In this document: one piece after another, positions 1 through 9,524 of the stretch
How the letters are laid out: each line of letters starts with the position of its first letter
How positions within the stretch are numbered: the first letter of the stretch is position 1
DNA from: Candidatus Micrarchaeota archaeon
GTDB lineage: Archaea; Micrarchaeota; Micrarchaeia; Anstonellales; Anstonellaceae
Assembly: GCA_026414185.1 (NCBI GenBank)
Contig: JAOAJL010000001.1
Span: 82,987-146,986, forward strand
Direction of reading: 5' to 3'
DNA: 64,000 nucleotides
Notes under the pieces: model-generated
What the model was told of the DNA's origin: nothing
Seen by the model: the letters and a program-made list of their open reading frames with translations, nothing else
The model's database searches: none
Made by a program: the position numbers and the translations under genes

Positions 1-467
1 GCAAACACCTCTCTGTTCGGAAGCCACGCTTTCAAGCTGGCGGCAATCTTTTTTGCCTCGGCGTTCACGCCCACAACCGCGCAGTAGTAGTCCCCCCTGT
101 TCCGCAAGCAAAGGATATCCTGGCTTTCGTTTTTGCCGAACCAGCCCTCGCTCACGCCGAAGATGGGCCGGCTTTCCATCACATAGCCGTGCGTTCCGTT
201 ACTTGAGACAAAATAAAACACCTCTCCCTGCTCATCTTTAAGGCTGTAATTCATGGCGTATGCACCAACCCCGGCTCCCTTATCATAGGCTGAAAGGAGG
301 AGCTTGGCAGCCGGGCTTTCTGCCTGCAGCGCAGCAGTCCCCTTCCCATCCTGCGCCTTTTGCGGGTTAAGATAAACAAAAGCAAGCAAAACAACAACCA
401 CTGCGGCAAGCGCAACCCAGGCGCCCAACCCAACTTTCAACCCTTCAGGTTTCTGCTTCTTTGCCAT
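1..467 (-). CDS. Membrane-anchored hypothetical protein (3' end runs off the window)
   Basis: My translation from ATG 467 gives MAKKQKPEGLKVGLGAWVALAAVVVVLLAFVYLN..., open to position 1. It has one N-terminal TM helix and a G-rich SD upstream. Not in the ORF track. Confidence 0.7.
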   Translation of the reverse strand, partial: MAKKQKPEGLKVGLGAWVALAAVVVVLLAFVYLNPQKAQDGKGTAALQAESPAAKLLLSAYDKGAGVGAYAMNYSLKDEQGEVFYFVSSNGTHGYVMESRPIFGVSEGWFGKNESQDILCLRNRGDYYCAVVGVNAEAKKIAASLKAWLPNREVF

Positions 468-550
468 AAAAATCCCCCTAAAGCCGCAACGCCGGCGGTG
501 CGAAGGCTTTTTTTAAGCGCAACCCTTTAATTGCCTACCATTTTGTCAGG

Positions 551-1720
551 CTAATGCGACGCGAGAACCTTTATCACGTCCCCGTCTTCAAGGACGTGGT
601 CAGCCCCAACTCGTATGTGCCTCTTCACGTCAATAGCACCTATGAACTTCTGGGCAAGCTCGCTGTGCACCATAAAGGCAAGCTGCTTTGCTGTGGTGCC
701 CTGGCGCACGAGAAAGGCATCTGGCAAGACCTCTCCTTTATGGTTAGAAAACCTATGTTCGTCCTCAACAGGATAGACCACGATTGCGCGAAGCTTATGG
801 TAGACTATCCAGTCTATTATCTGCTGTACGCCGCTTCCACCGTGTTTTTTGAGAAATGCCGCCATCCTTTCAAGCGCCTCCTGCTGCGGCTGGCTTGGCG
901 CCCCAACGATCTTGAACTCCTTCCCCCCCGGCACGTAGTCAATAATGCCTTTTTCAGCGGCTTTGCGCAAGGCAAGTTCCACAGCCGCGCTGCAGGCAAA
1001 AGCCTTCTTTCCCTCCTGCTGCGCTTTCTGCGCGAACGCCGCAAAATTCTTCTCAGCCCCCTCAACATCCATCTTATTGCACGCAACCACAATGGGCATC
1101 CTGCGCCTCAGGACCGCTTTGGCAAGCAAGCATAGCCCATCCATGTTTTTTGGCAAGCCATCACTTATTTCAAGCCCGCAGTCGCCAGCCGCCGCGCGCA
1201 AAAGCTCCTCGCTTATTTTCAGTCCTGAAAGCGAAGCGGCGGCTTCCCTTAGTCCCCCTGCTCTGCCTGCCCCGCGCTCCATTATGCCGACAAGCCAAAG
1301 CGCAATTTCCTCCTCCAAAAAGCGGACTTCCTCCCACAAGTCAGCCCCCTGCGCGGGGTTTCCTTGCAAATCCGTCATGCCGCTTGCGTCAATCACCTGT
1401 ATGAGAGCGTCAGCCTGCCGCAAATCGTCAAGGAATTTGTTCCCAAGGCCTCTGCCTTCGTGCGCACCTGGCACAAGCCCGGCCACATCTACAATTCCCA
1501 CGGGCACAAGCCGCACGCCGTTTGCGCACTTGCTGTTTTTGGGGTTGCAGCCCTTCAAGCCAAGCGCGACATGTGGGCAGGGGGAGCGAACATAAGTGAC
1601 GCCTCTGTTTGCAGTGATGGTGGTGAAGGGATAGTTTGCAATCTGCGCATCCACAAGAGTGGCGGCTGAAAAGAAGGTGCTTTTCCCCTTGTTTGGCGCC
1701 CCGACAACCCCAATAAGCAT
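551..1720 (-). CDS. ychF: Obg-family YchF-like ATPase/GTPase with C-terminal TGS domain
   Basis: GAPNKGKST P-loop, ANYPFTT, DVAGLVPGAHEGRGLGNKFLDDLR, NKMD. Start reset to MLIGVVG. Confidence 0.93.
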   Translation of the reverse strand: MLIGVVGAPNKGKSTFFSAATLVDAQIANYPFTTITANRGVTYVRSPCPHVALGLKGCNPKNSKCANGVRLVPVGIVDVAGLVPGAHEGRGLGNKFLDDLRQADALIQVIDASGMTDLQGNPAQGADLWEEVRFLEEEIALWLVGIMERGAGRAGGLREAAASLSGLKISEELLRAAAGDCGLEISDGLPKNMDGLCLLAKAVLRRRMPIVVACNKMDVEGAEKNFAAFAQKAQQEGKKAFACSAAVELALRKAAEKGIIDYVPGGKEFKIVGAPSQPQQEALERMAAFLKKHGGSGVQQIIDWIVYHKLRAIVVYPVEDEHRFSNHKGEVLPDAFLVRQGTTAKQLAFMVHSELAQKFIGAIDVKRHIRVGADHVLEDGDVIKVLASH

Positions 1721-1773
1721 GCTTCTTGTTGCGGGTTGAAGGTATTTAAACAAGCATCGCGCCTTTTTTTGCC

Positions 1774-2994
1774 ATGCTCCTGTCTGCAAAAAAACCAACG
1801 TCTCTTTCCGCGCTCATCGGCAACGCAGAAGCCATTTCTCTGGCAAAGCAGTGGGCAGAAAGCTGGCAGAAAGGCAAGCCCCAGCCGCCCCTTCTTGTCT
1901 GCGGTCCTGCCGGCACAGGCAAAACCGCCCTTGCCTACGCCATCGCCTCTGAGTTGGGGTGGGAAGTGTTTGAGTTCAACGCCTCTGAGTTAAGAAACGA
2001 ACAGAGGGTGCGACACGTAGCCGCGGCAGCAGCCTCATCATCCTCTCTTTTTGGCTTGCGCAAGCTCGTCCTCATTGACGATGCGGACTCCCTCTCCAGC
2101 CAGGAAGACAAAGGGGGCGCATCCGCTATAGCAAGCCTTCTCAAAGAAAGCCGCCAGCCGATTCTGCTGACTGCCACTGATTATTACGACCGCAAGCTTT
2201 CTTCAATCAAAAGCCACTGCCAGCACATTGAGCTGCGCCGCGCAACTCCCCTTTCACTCACCAAGTTTCTCCGCGAAATTGCCAAAGCGGAAAAAATACC
2301 CCTAAGCGAAGAGGAAATAGGCAAAATCGCGCAGGCATCTGGGGGTGATGTGCGCGCCGCCCTCAACGACCTTCAAGGCAGAAACGCCTCCGCCCGCCGC
2401 GACGTCAGGCAGAACATCTTTGACGTTTTGCGGAGGGTGCTCAAATCGGAAAATTACTCCGAAAGCCGCATGGCAATCTTTGAGTCAGAGGTGGATTTTG
2501 ACGCCCTCAAACTCTGGGTTGCGCACAACATCCCAATTGAATACGACCGGCCATTTGACATCGCCGAGGCATACTGCGCCCTCTCCCGAGCGGACGTCTT
2601 TGATGGAAGGGCAAAAAGAAGCCAATATTTTGGCTACCTCCGCTATGCCAACGACCACCTCTCAGCAGGCGTTGCGCTGGCAAAATCCGCCCCTTACAAA
2701 AAATACACGCCGCTCGGCTTCCCAGATTACCTAAGAGAAATGAGCGCAACAAAGGCAAGCCGCGCAAGCCGCAAGTCAGTCCTTGCGAAGATAGGAAGAG
2801 CATGCCACTGCTCCCCATCACAATCGCAGACATACCTGCCCCTTCTTAGCGCCCTCGCCAAAAAGCATCCCACCGAGATTTCCTCCTACTTCGGGTTTGA
2901 CGAGGGGGAGCTTGACTTCATCACAAAATCATCAGTTGAGCAGAAGCCGCCTGCGAAAAGTGCTTCACAAAAACAGCGGAAAAATCGCGCGTGA
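1774..2994 (+). CDS. rfcL: Replication factor C large subunit
   Basis: GPAGTGKT Walker A, EFNASELR, LIDDAD Walker B, GDVRAALNDL, ALSRADVF. Confidence 0.92.
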   Translation: MLLSAKKPTSLSALIGNAEAISLAKQWAESWQKGKPQPPLLVCGPAGTGKTALAYAIASELGWEVFEFNASELRNEQRVRHVAAAAASSSSLFGLRKLVLIDDADSLSSQEDKGGASAIASLLKESRQPILLTATDYYDRKLSSIKSHCQHIELRRATPLSLTKFLREIAKAEKIPLSEEEIGKIAQASGGDVRAALNDLQGRNASARRDVRQNIFDVLRRVLKSENYSESRMAIFESEVDFDALKLWVAHNIPIEYDRPFDIAEAYCALSRADVFDGRAKRSQYFGYLRYANDHLSAGVALAKSAPYKKYTPLGFPDYLREMSATKASRASRKSVLAKIGRACHCSPSQSQTYLPLLSALAKKHPTEISSYFGFDEGELDFITKSSVEQKPPAKSASQKQRKNRA

Positions 2995-3488
2995 GGGATG
3001 CTATGCTGGTGCGCAAGGGAGGGCTTTTTTTTGAGGCGGATGCTCGCCTCGCAGAAAAGTTTTCGGAAGCAGGCTTTGGCGTTCATGACGCAGGCAAGCT
3101 GCTTCTTCACCCCCTTGAAGCAGGCTACTTGCTCAAAACAGGCAAGGCGTCATTCAACGGCGGCTTCAGAAAGTTCCTGCTCTCCCAAAAGAAAAGGGAC
3201 GGCTCCTTTCCCTTCTGCCTTGAAGCATATTCCCAAATCCGCGGCACAGGCAGGATAATCAGACCCTACCTTCAAAGCAAAAAGCGCTTCCGCGTCTATG
3301 CGCCAGGCATTGGAAGAGAGGAGGACAGGCCATCAATATTAGTCTGCCTTCTGCCCGGCAAGGCGCCATCTGCGAAATCCCTGGCAAGAGAAGTGAAAAT
3401 AGCGCACCGCGCGCGCCTTGACCTGGTAGTCGCATGCGGAAGCAAAAGCAAAATACGCTACTACAAAATTTCCTCATTCAATTTTTAG
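2991..3488 (+). CDS. tRNA splicing endonuclease-like single-unit protein, apparently non-catalytic
   Basis: LHPLEAGYL, FRVY and C-terminal IRYYKI follow the EndA unit layout. The catalytic His and Lys positions are not conserved (EDRPS; HRARL). Confidence 0.65.
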   Translation: MRDAMLVRKGGLFFEADARLAEKFSEAGFGVHDAGKLLLHPLEAGYLLKTGKASFNGGFRKFLLSQKKRDGSFPFCLEAYSQIRGTGRIIRPYLQSKKRFRVYAPGIGREEDRPSILVCLLPGKAPSAKSLAREVKIAHRARLDLVVACGSKSKIRYYKISSFNF

Positions 3489-3528
3489 CAACCGCTCCTA
3501 TTTTATTACACCCCGCAGTTCTCCTTCC

Positions 3529-4020
3529 ATGCCACACTGCCTGACCTGCGGCGCAATGGTTGATGAGTTTGATTCAGCCTACTACCCGCGCAACATGCTT
3601 TGCATACCATGCTGGACAAGAAAGTCGTCAGAGGTCCATATGGTGGGCTGCAGCCGCTGCGGAACCCGCCTTCGCGCGGAAGAAGCAAAGCACAAGGCAG
3701 GCAGGCTCCTGTGCAACTACTGCTTCACTGAGCTGGAAAGAATAGAGCGCCTTCCCATATGCCCGCTTTGCAAGAAGCCTCTCCAGCCTTATGAAAAGCA
3801 AATCCGCCTTTCAAGTGGGTTGCTTGCCCACTCCGCCTGTGCGCTTTCCAAGAAAGGCGAGGCAAAGGTCTTCTGCTCCTCCTGCGGCCAAGAAACGGAG
3901 CATTTCAGGATTTTCGGCGGTTTTCCTCTCTGCGCAAAATGCGAGCGGCAACAAAAGCCTGCAACCCAGGGCAGCCTGCTTGCCTCCTTGCTTGACCGCG
4001 TTGGGGCGATGCTTGGCTGA
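3529..4020 (+). CDS. Multi-zinc-finger protein (four treble-clef-like CxxC pairs, LIM-like)
   Basis: CLTC/CIPC, CSRC/CNYC, CPLC/HSAC, CSSC/CAKC. Confidence 0.7.
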   Translation: MPHCLTCGAMVDEFDSAYYPRNMLCIPCWTRKSSEVHMVGCSRCGTRLRAEEAKHKAGRLLCNYCFTELERIERLPICPLCKKPLQPYEKQIRLSSGLLAHSACALSKKGEAKVFCSSCGQETEHFRIFGGFPLCAKCERQQKPATQGSLLASLLDRVGAMLG

Positions 4021-4056
4021 CAACACTGCTTTTAAATTCACTTTCCAAATAAGCTT

Positions 4057-4926
4057 ATGGTCGCTCATCATCTTCTCGTCAGCCAGAACTGCTCCTACCT
4101 TTTCCCAGCCAACATAGAGCTGAAAAATTTCCCCGATAAGGAAAGCCACGTCTTCATCCGCGACCTTGAAGCCTGCAGGGGCAAAGACGTGCAGGTGCTC
4201 CACCGCTGCTACCCGAAGCAGGACAGCTCCCTTCTCCAGCTCATGCTCATAGGCAAGACGGTTTCCCAAGTTGCCTCGCGCGTTGAGGCGATAGTCCCCT
4301 ATCTTCCATATGCCAGGCAGGACAAGGTATGGACTGTCGGCGAAGCCCTTTCAGCGGAGATAATCTGCCAGCTTCTTTCCGCCGCAGGATTTTCCTCGCT
4401 TGCCACCTTTGACTGCCACTTCCTGAAAAAAGAGGGTGAGGCGACTTATGGCGGCTTGCGCATACGCAACTTTTCACTGTCCCAGCGCCTCGTTTCGTAT
4501 TTCAAGTCAAAAATGCCTGATGCGCTTTTCATCTCCCCAGACCAGGGGGCAGCCTACCTTGTCAACGAGATAGGGGGGCTTGCCATGGTCAAAAAGCGCG
4601 GGGAATACCGGCAACACAAAAGGCAGGCGCAGCGCCCAGTCGCCTCAATAGACATAAACTTTGACGTGAAAGGAAAAGACGTAGTAATACTTGACGACAT
4701 GATTGCCGGCGGAGGCACGATGATAAAGGCAGTCCGCGCCGTTCTTGCCATGGGCGCCAGCTCGGTCTCCTGCGGCTGCACCCACGGTCTTTTCCTTGGC
4801 GACGCCTATACAAAGCTGCAGGAAGCAGGGGCGGAGGAAATAGTGGCTTCAAACACAATTGCCTCCGAAGCCTCTAAGATAGACATCCTGCCTCAGCTCA
4901 AAGAAGTCATAATCGGAAAATTCTGA
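4057..4926 (+). CDS. prs: Ribose-phosphate pyrophosphokinase
   Basis: FPDKE, PYLPYARQDK, SPDQGA, PRPP loop VILDDMIAGGGT, CTHGLF. Confidence 0.92.
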   Translation: MVAHHLLVSQNCSYLFPANIELKNFPDKESHVFIRDLEACRGKDVQVLHRCYPKQDSSLLQLMLIGKTVSQVASRVEAIVPYLPYARQDKVWTVGEALSAEIICQLLSAAGFSSLATFDCHFLKKEGEATYGGLRIRNFSLSQRLVSYFKSKMPDALFISPDQGAAYLVNEIGGLAMVKKRGEYRQHKRQAQRPVASIDINFDVKGKDVVILDDMIAGGGTMIKAVRAVLAMGASSVSCGCTHGLFLGDAYTKLQEAGAEEIVASNTIASEASKIDILPQLKEVIIGKF

Positions 4927-4936
4927 ACTTGCGCTT

Positions 4937-6472
4937 ATGGGCATGCTCTCCGTCCAGCGCGTGCTTTCAGGCCAGCTTGCATACAGGAATTTCCTCCTTC
5001 GCCCGCCAGAGCCTGCGCCCCAGCTTCTTGTTTCCAACCCGGCAAGCTCCATCTATATAGGCAAGACCCTCCTTCTCCACACTCCGTTCTACTGGAACGC
5101 TGAAAAGCTCGTCAACCCGCACGTCTGCGTCGTGGGGATAACAGGTTCTGGCAAATCCTACTTGGTAAAAACGTTCATCACCCGTGCAAGGCTGGTGCTC
5201 GGCGCATCAGCCCTAATACTTGACTGGGCGGGCGAGTATGCGGACTGGGTGCGGGCGGCAGGCGGCAGGGTAATCTCTTTCGGAAGCGACGGCATAAACC
5301 TTCTGGATACCGGCGGCGCAAGCCCGCACGCAAGGTCCCTGCAGGTGATATCCGCGCTTGAAATGCTGACTGACATATCCTCCTTTCCAGCCCAGAGGAG
5401 AATCACCGAGCTGGCAATAGAGAAGGCATACGCACGGCGCGGCTTTGCGCTTCACAAGGAAGGGCAGAAAAGAAAGCCGCCCACTCTTGAGGATGTCTGC
5501 AAAATCCTCTCGCGCCACCCGAAAGGCGATTCTGACTCGGCAGAGGCGGCGCGCAGGATAAGGTCGCTTCTCCTCTCATCCGGAAAGTCCTTTTCCGCCC
5601 AGACAATAAGTATTGATTCCTTGCTTTCAGGGCTCATCTGCGTTGATTTGCACTCTCTTCCGATGGAGTCCCTGCGCTCGCTTGCAGGACTTGCAATACT
5701 GCAGTTTGTGAAGGAGAAGATGCGCGCAAGCCGCTATTCCCCCAGCAAGCCCCGCCTTTTCATAGTGGTTGATGAGGCATGGAAAATCGCATCCGATGAG
5801 CGCTCAGATGTGGTTTCAATCGTGCGCGAAGGGCGCAAATACGGCTTTTCCCTCATAGTCGCCTCCCAAAACCCGACAGACGTGCATAAAAGCATATTTT
5901 CCAACGCCGGCACGGTCTTTGCTTTCAGGCTTACCCTCGCATCAGAGCGGGAATACCTGCGCTCCTCCCTCTCCTATTCAGATTACTTTGAAGCCTGCTC
6001 CCATCGCATGGGGGTCGGGCAGGCACTTGTCCATCTGGAATTTTCCATGCCGGTCCAGTGCCCAAAAAACTTCATACTTGAGCGTGTTGACGGCGAGGAG
6101 ATTCTCCAGCCCTTCGCAATAAGAGGTGGGAACATGGAGCTTTCATTTGAGAAAGGCGAGCTGCTGCGAAGGCTTCTGTCCGCCGGCTTTGATGAAAAGC
6201 AGTCGCGCGCCATCCTTTCGGAGTTTGAGCGCAAAAGCTTTTCACTGACAAGCCGCGAATTCGCAAGCCTGCTTTTGCGCCTTGGCATGCCCCGCCCGGC
6301 GATTCTCTCCTTCCTGCGTGAGCTTGGCGCAAAAGAAAAGGAGCTTCTACCGGTTTTCTCCTCCATTTCAGACGAGGAAGAGGAGGTTGCCGTTTCACTG
6401 AAAGGCCTCAAAGAAAAAAAGCAAAAGGGGGATGGATATGCATCAAAAGACAGGGGAAATCCAAGAATATGA
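4937..6472 (+). CDS. VirB4/HerA-family (DUF87) P-loop ATPase
   Basis: NPHVCVVGITGSGKS, ILDWAGEY, IVVDEAW, REGRKYG, ASQNPTD. Confidence 0.85.
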   Translation: MGMLSVQRVLSGQLAYRNFLLRPPEPAPQLLVSNPASSIYIGKTLLLHTPFYWNAEKLVNPHVCVVGITGSGKSYLVKTFITRARLVLGASALILDWAGEYADWVRAAGGRVISFGSDGINLLDTGGASPHARSLQVISALEMLTDISSFPAQRRITELAIEKAYARRGFALHKEGQKRKPPTLEDVCKILSRHPKGDSDSAEAARRIRSLLLSSGKSFSAQTISIDSLLSGLICVDLHSLPMESLRSLAGLAILQFVKEKMRASRYSPSKPRLFIVVDEAWKIASDERSDVVSIVREGRKYGFSLIVASQNPTDVHKSIFSNAGTVFAFRLTLASEREYLRSSLSYSDYFEACSHRMGVGQALVHLEFSMPVQCPKNFILERVDGEEILQPFAIRGGNMELSFEKGELLRRLLSAGFDEKQSRAILSEFERKSFSLTSREFASLLLRLGMPRPAILSFLRELGAKEKELLPVFSSISDEEEEVAVSLKGLKEKKQKGDGYASKDRGNPRI

Positions 6473-7304
6473 ATTCGCAGTTTCATTCAAGCGCTTCCCG
6501 CCAGACTTCTCAAAATTCGCCGCCCTCGGATTTGACCGGGTTGCCGCCTCAAAGTCCGAGGTTCTGCTCAACAAGACATACGGCACCGACCTTTCGGGAA
6601 AAAGCAAGCTTTTCATTGAGGTTAGGCTTTCCAAAAACAAGGCGCGCCTGCGCTTTTCCTGCCCAGCCGGCGCGCACCCCCAGCTGAGGCGCATGCAAGC
6701 CGCAATACTTTTTCTACGCATCCTTTCCCTCATTGAAGGGGCATGGCTGGAAAGGGAGTTTTTCCAGAAGCTTGCTCTTCCCGCACTTGAAACAGCAGAA
6801 AAGACGGCGCAAGCCCCCTACGAGCTTCTTGCTAAGAGAGCCAAGGACTTGGAAGAGGAGGCAAGCGCGCTTTCACTGCGCAACAGGAGGCTGATTTCAG
6901 CCTCGGAAGAGGCGGAAAGCCAAATTGCGGCTTTGGAAAACCGGATAGCCATTCTTGAAGAGCGCCTTGCGCGGCTCTCCTCAATCTCAGACGAGTCGCT
7001 GAGGGAACTTCTGCTTGAATGGATCTGCTCGCACAAGGGAAGCTTCAACATCGCCGCCTTTTCCAAGACCTACAACCTTCCGCCTTCGCGCTGCGAGGAG
7101 GGACTTGAGATGCTCCTCATGGAAGGAAGCATAAGGAAGATTGAGGGCAAGCTCTTTCCCTCAAAAAGCAGCCCGCAGCGGCTTTTCTCAACGCACGCAG
7201 AAGGCGCAGGGGGTTTTTCAAAAGCGCTGTCTTGCCTTTTTGCCTTCAAAATGCCCTTCAGCCAAAAAGAGAATCAAGACAACGCCAAGGCAGGCAAGCG
7301 CTAA
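6432..7304 (+). CDS. Hypothetical protein with coiled coil and C-terminal winged-helix-like domain
   Basis: Heptad region LEEEASAL...LEERLARL, followed by LLEWICSHKGSFNIAAFSKTYNLPPSRCEEGLEMLLMEG. Confidence 0.65.
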   Translation: MDMHQKTGEIQEYEFAVSFKRFPPDFSKFAALGFDRVAASKSEVLLNKTYGTDLSGKSKLFIEVRLSKNKARLRFSCPAGAHPQLRRMQAAILFLRILSLIEGAWLEREFFQKLALPALETAEKTAQAPYELLAKRAKDLEEEASALSLRNRRLISASEEAESQIAALENRIAILEERLARLSSISDESLRELLLEWICSHKGSFNIAAFSKTYNLPPSRCEEGLEMLLMEGSIRKIEGKLFPSKSSPQRLFSTHAEGAGGFSKALSCLFAFKMPFSQKENQDNAKAGKR

Positions 7305-9524
7305 GGCGGGGTCGGCTGCCCAGCCTTCAGTTGCGCCAGCCAGCCCAGCTTTTCCAGGCGCCCCCTCTCCCCCTTTCAGCTCAAATGCCTTGTTTGAGCC
7401 CAAGGTGCGGATTTCGGAAAAGCTACCGTCTTTTTGCAGCTGCTTATACTGCCTCCAGCGCAACTGCCTTAATGACGGCTCGTACCTGTCAAGAGCAAGG
7501 GCATTGCCGACTATCACATAGCGTGCGCCCAAAGCTTCCATCTTGTCTTTGAGCCCTCCTGTGCCTTCCTCCTCGTAGCCAAAGAGGATGGTGCTGCCAA
7601 GATATTTCCAATATATCGGCATGTGCGACAAATCCCCATGGGAGAGGAAAAGGACGGTCCGGTTCCCCACCACCCTATAGGCGTTTTCCAAGCCTATATA
7701 CTCCCTTGCCATCTCAAGCGAGCCCCCTCCCCGCGCGTAATAAGCAGAAGTGCTGATGACAACTGCAAGAAAGACCACTGCCAATACTGGCAGAAAGCCG
7801 AAGGCAACCGCCCCTCCAACAGTAGCTCTGTCAATCTTTCTTTTTTCCGCAAAGCGCACTACTGCTTCAACCCCTGCGCGCCACAAAAAGCAAGCTCCAA
7901 TCCCGCCCACAAAAAGCGCCGGAAGGTAAAAAGAGGGCATGTGCCGAATGCCGTCAATGAAGGGGAAAGCGCTATTGAGCGCAGGGTTCATAGCAACCAA
8001 AAAGACGATTAGAGCACATGCTCCCAGCCACCAAACAATCTCCTCGCGCCTGGCGAAAGCCGCATACATGCCTGCAAGAACAAGCAAAGGCAAGATAATG
8101 TTGCCTGCCTGCACAAAACTTACCGCTCCATCACCCCACCCTTCTATCCTGCCTCCGCCCAGCGGGGAATATTTCTCAAAAATGCCTGTTTGGAAAAACG
8201 GGATGGCGACCCAAAGCACAGAGGCAGCGCACGCAGCGGCAAGCCAAAGCGCGTTTTTTGACTTTATGAAAGCCGCAACCGTCAAAACCCCAAGCATTGC
8301 CGCAAGCGCAAGCGCAATCCGCTGGTTTGCCAAAAAGGCAAGGAAGAAGAGGGCGACTGCAGGTAGAAACGCCCCGCGCCTCCCCTCCACTGTCGCTTCA
8401 TAGGCAAAGAAAAAGAAGAAAAGCGAAAGATAGGTTGCAAGCGTGTGCGCAGTCATTCCATAAATGAATAGATCCTGCCCCCCGCCAGTGGGATAGCCCA
8501 GCGGGGGCATATAAAGATAGAGAAGCGAGGCAAACAGGAACGCGCCTGCCTGCTGAAAGCGGAGCTTTCTTGCATAAAGGGCAAAAATGACAACTGGGAG
8601 GAAAAAAAGAAAAATCTCGTAAACCTTGTAGGCGTATTCCTGCGACACGCCGGCAAGGCTGAGCAAAGCAGGCGGCAGGAGAGAAACAAAGCTGTAGTAG
8701 CTTTGCGGCCAGACGCCCGTGCGGAGGCTTTCCGCAAGCACGCCTATTCTGTAAATGTGGAAAGGCGCATCCACCCCGTAAAAGCTTGAAGGCATGGCTG
8801 CGTTTTCCCGAGCCCTCCAACTCCCCCCAACTGAAAACAAAACAGGGTCTTCAATCTCCGCATACCTCAGCTTCCTTTCGCCACCGATGATGCCTTGCAG
8901 GCGGAAAGCGCTTTTGGAAGCCCTCTCCTCACCCGCCTCCTCCTGCCCGCTTGCTTCCAGCAAAACCGCAAGTGTTCCTGTGCGGTTTGAAGCAACAAGA
9001 TAGCGCTTTCCCTCAAGGCAAGGCGCGCACACCTCATATTCGTTTATGAGCAGGCGCTCCACTTTCACCTTTTCCTTGCTTGTGAATGAAACGCTTTCCA
9101 CCCTCCCGCTTCCAAAAAACGAGGCGCTTGCCTCCGAGCGCTCAGAGAGCGGCACGCTAAGGAGAAACTCATTTCCCTTCGCATAAGCGCGCAGCAGGTA
9201 GGAAACGCCGTCGCAACCGTCAAAAGCAAGCGTCTGCTGGGCAGTTGCCTGGAATGAAAAAGTCCTCTCAAGCACGCCAAGCTGAATGGCATAAACAAAA
9301 CAGAGGCAGAAGACAAAATAGAAAGGAAGGTTCTCCCGGACATGCGCGAAAAAAGAAAGCCCAGCCCTTCCAAAAACGCTCTGCGGCGCCTGCCTGTTTT
9401 TTTTGCCTGCGCCCCGTGCAACCCTACCTGTTTTGCGCCTGCGCCCCGACCTCATGTAAGAAGCATAGCGCTTCCTGCCGCGCTTGCTTCCCCTTGCCGT
9501 CTTTCTTCTCCTGCCCGTCTTCAT
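7218..9524 (-). CDS. Polytopic membrane protein, probable GT-C-fold glycosyltransferase
   Basis: More than 10 TM segments and a GVDAPFH loop motif. Translationally coupled to the upstream GT2 gene. Confidence 0.6.
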   Translation of the reverse strand: MKTGRRRKTARGSKRGRKRYASYMRSGRRRKTGRVARGAGKKNRQAPQSVFGRAGLSFFAHVRENLPFYFVFCLCFVYAIQLGVLERTFSFQATAQQTLAFDGCDGVSYLLRAYAKGNEFLLSVPLSERSEASASFFGSGRVESVSFTSKEKVKVERLLINEYEVCAPCLEGKRYLVASNRTGTLAVLLEASGQEEAGEERASKSAFRLQGIIGGERKLRYAEIEDPVLFSVGGSWRARENAAMPSSFYGVDAPFHIYRIGVLAESLRTGVWPQSYYSFVSLLPPALLSLAGVSQEYAYKVYEIFLFFLPVVIFALYARKLRFQQAGAFLFASLLYLYMPPLGYPTGGGQDLFIYGMTAHTLATYLSLFFFFFAYEATVEGRRGAFLPAVALFFLAFLANQRIALALAAMLGVLTVAAFIKSKNALWLAAACAASVLWVAIPFFQTGIFEKYSPLGGGRIEGWGDGAVSFVQAGNIILPLLVLAGMYAAFARREEIVWWLGACALIVFLVAMNPALNSAFPFIDGIRHMPSFYLPALFVGGIGACFLWRAGVEAVVRFAEKRKIDRATVGGAVAFGFLPVLAVVFLAVVISTSAYYARGGGSLEMAREYIGLENAYRVVGNRTVLFLSHGDLSHMPIYWKYLGSTILFGYEEEGTGGLKDKMEALGARYVIVGNALALDRYEPSLRQLRWRQYKQLQKDGSFSEIRTLGSNKAFELKGGEGAPGKAGLAGATEGWAADPALALACLGVVLILFLAEGHFEGKKARQRF

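Noticed and set aside
4937-6472. Canonical DNA-repair HerA
   Set aside because: There is no N-terminal HAS barrel and no nurA, mre11 or rad50 neighbour.
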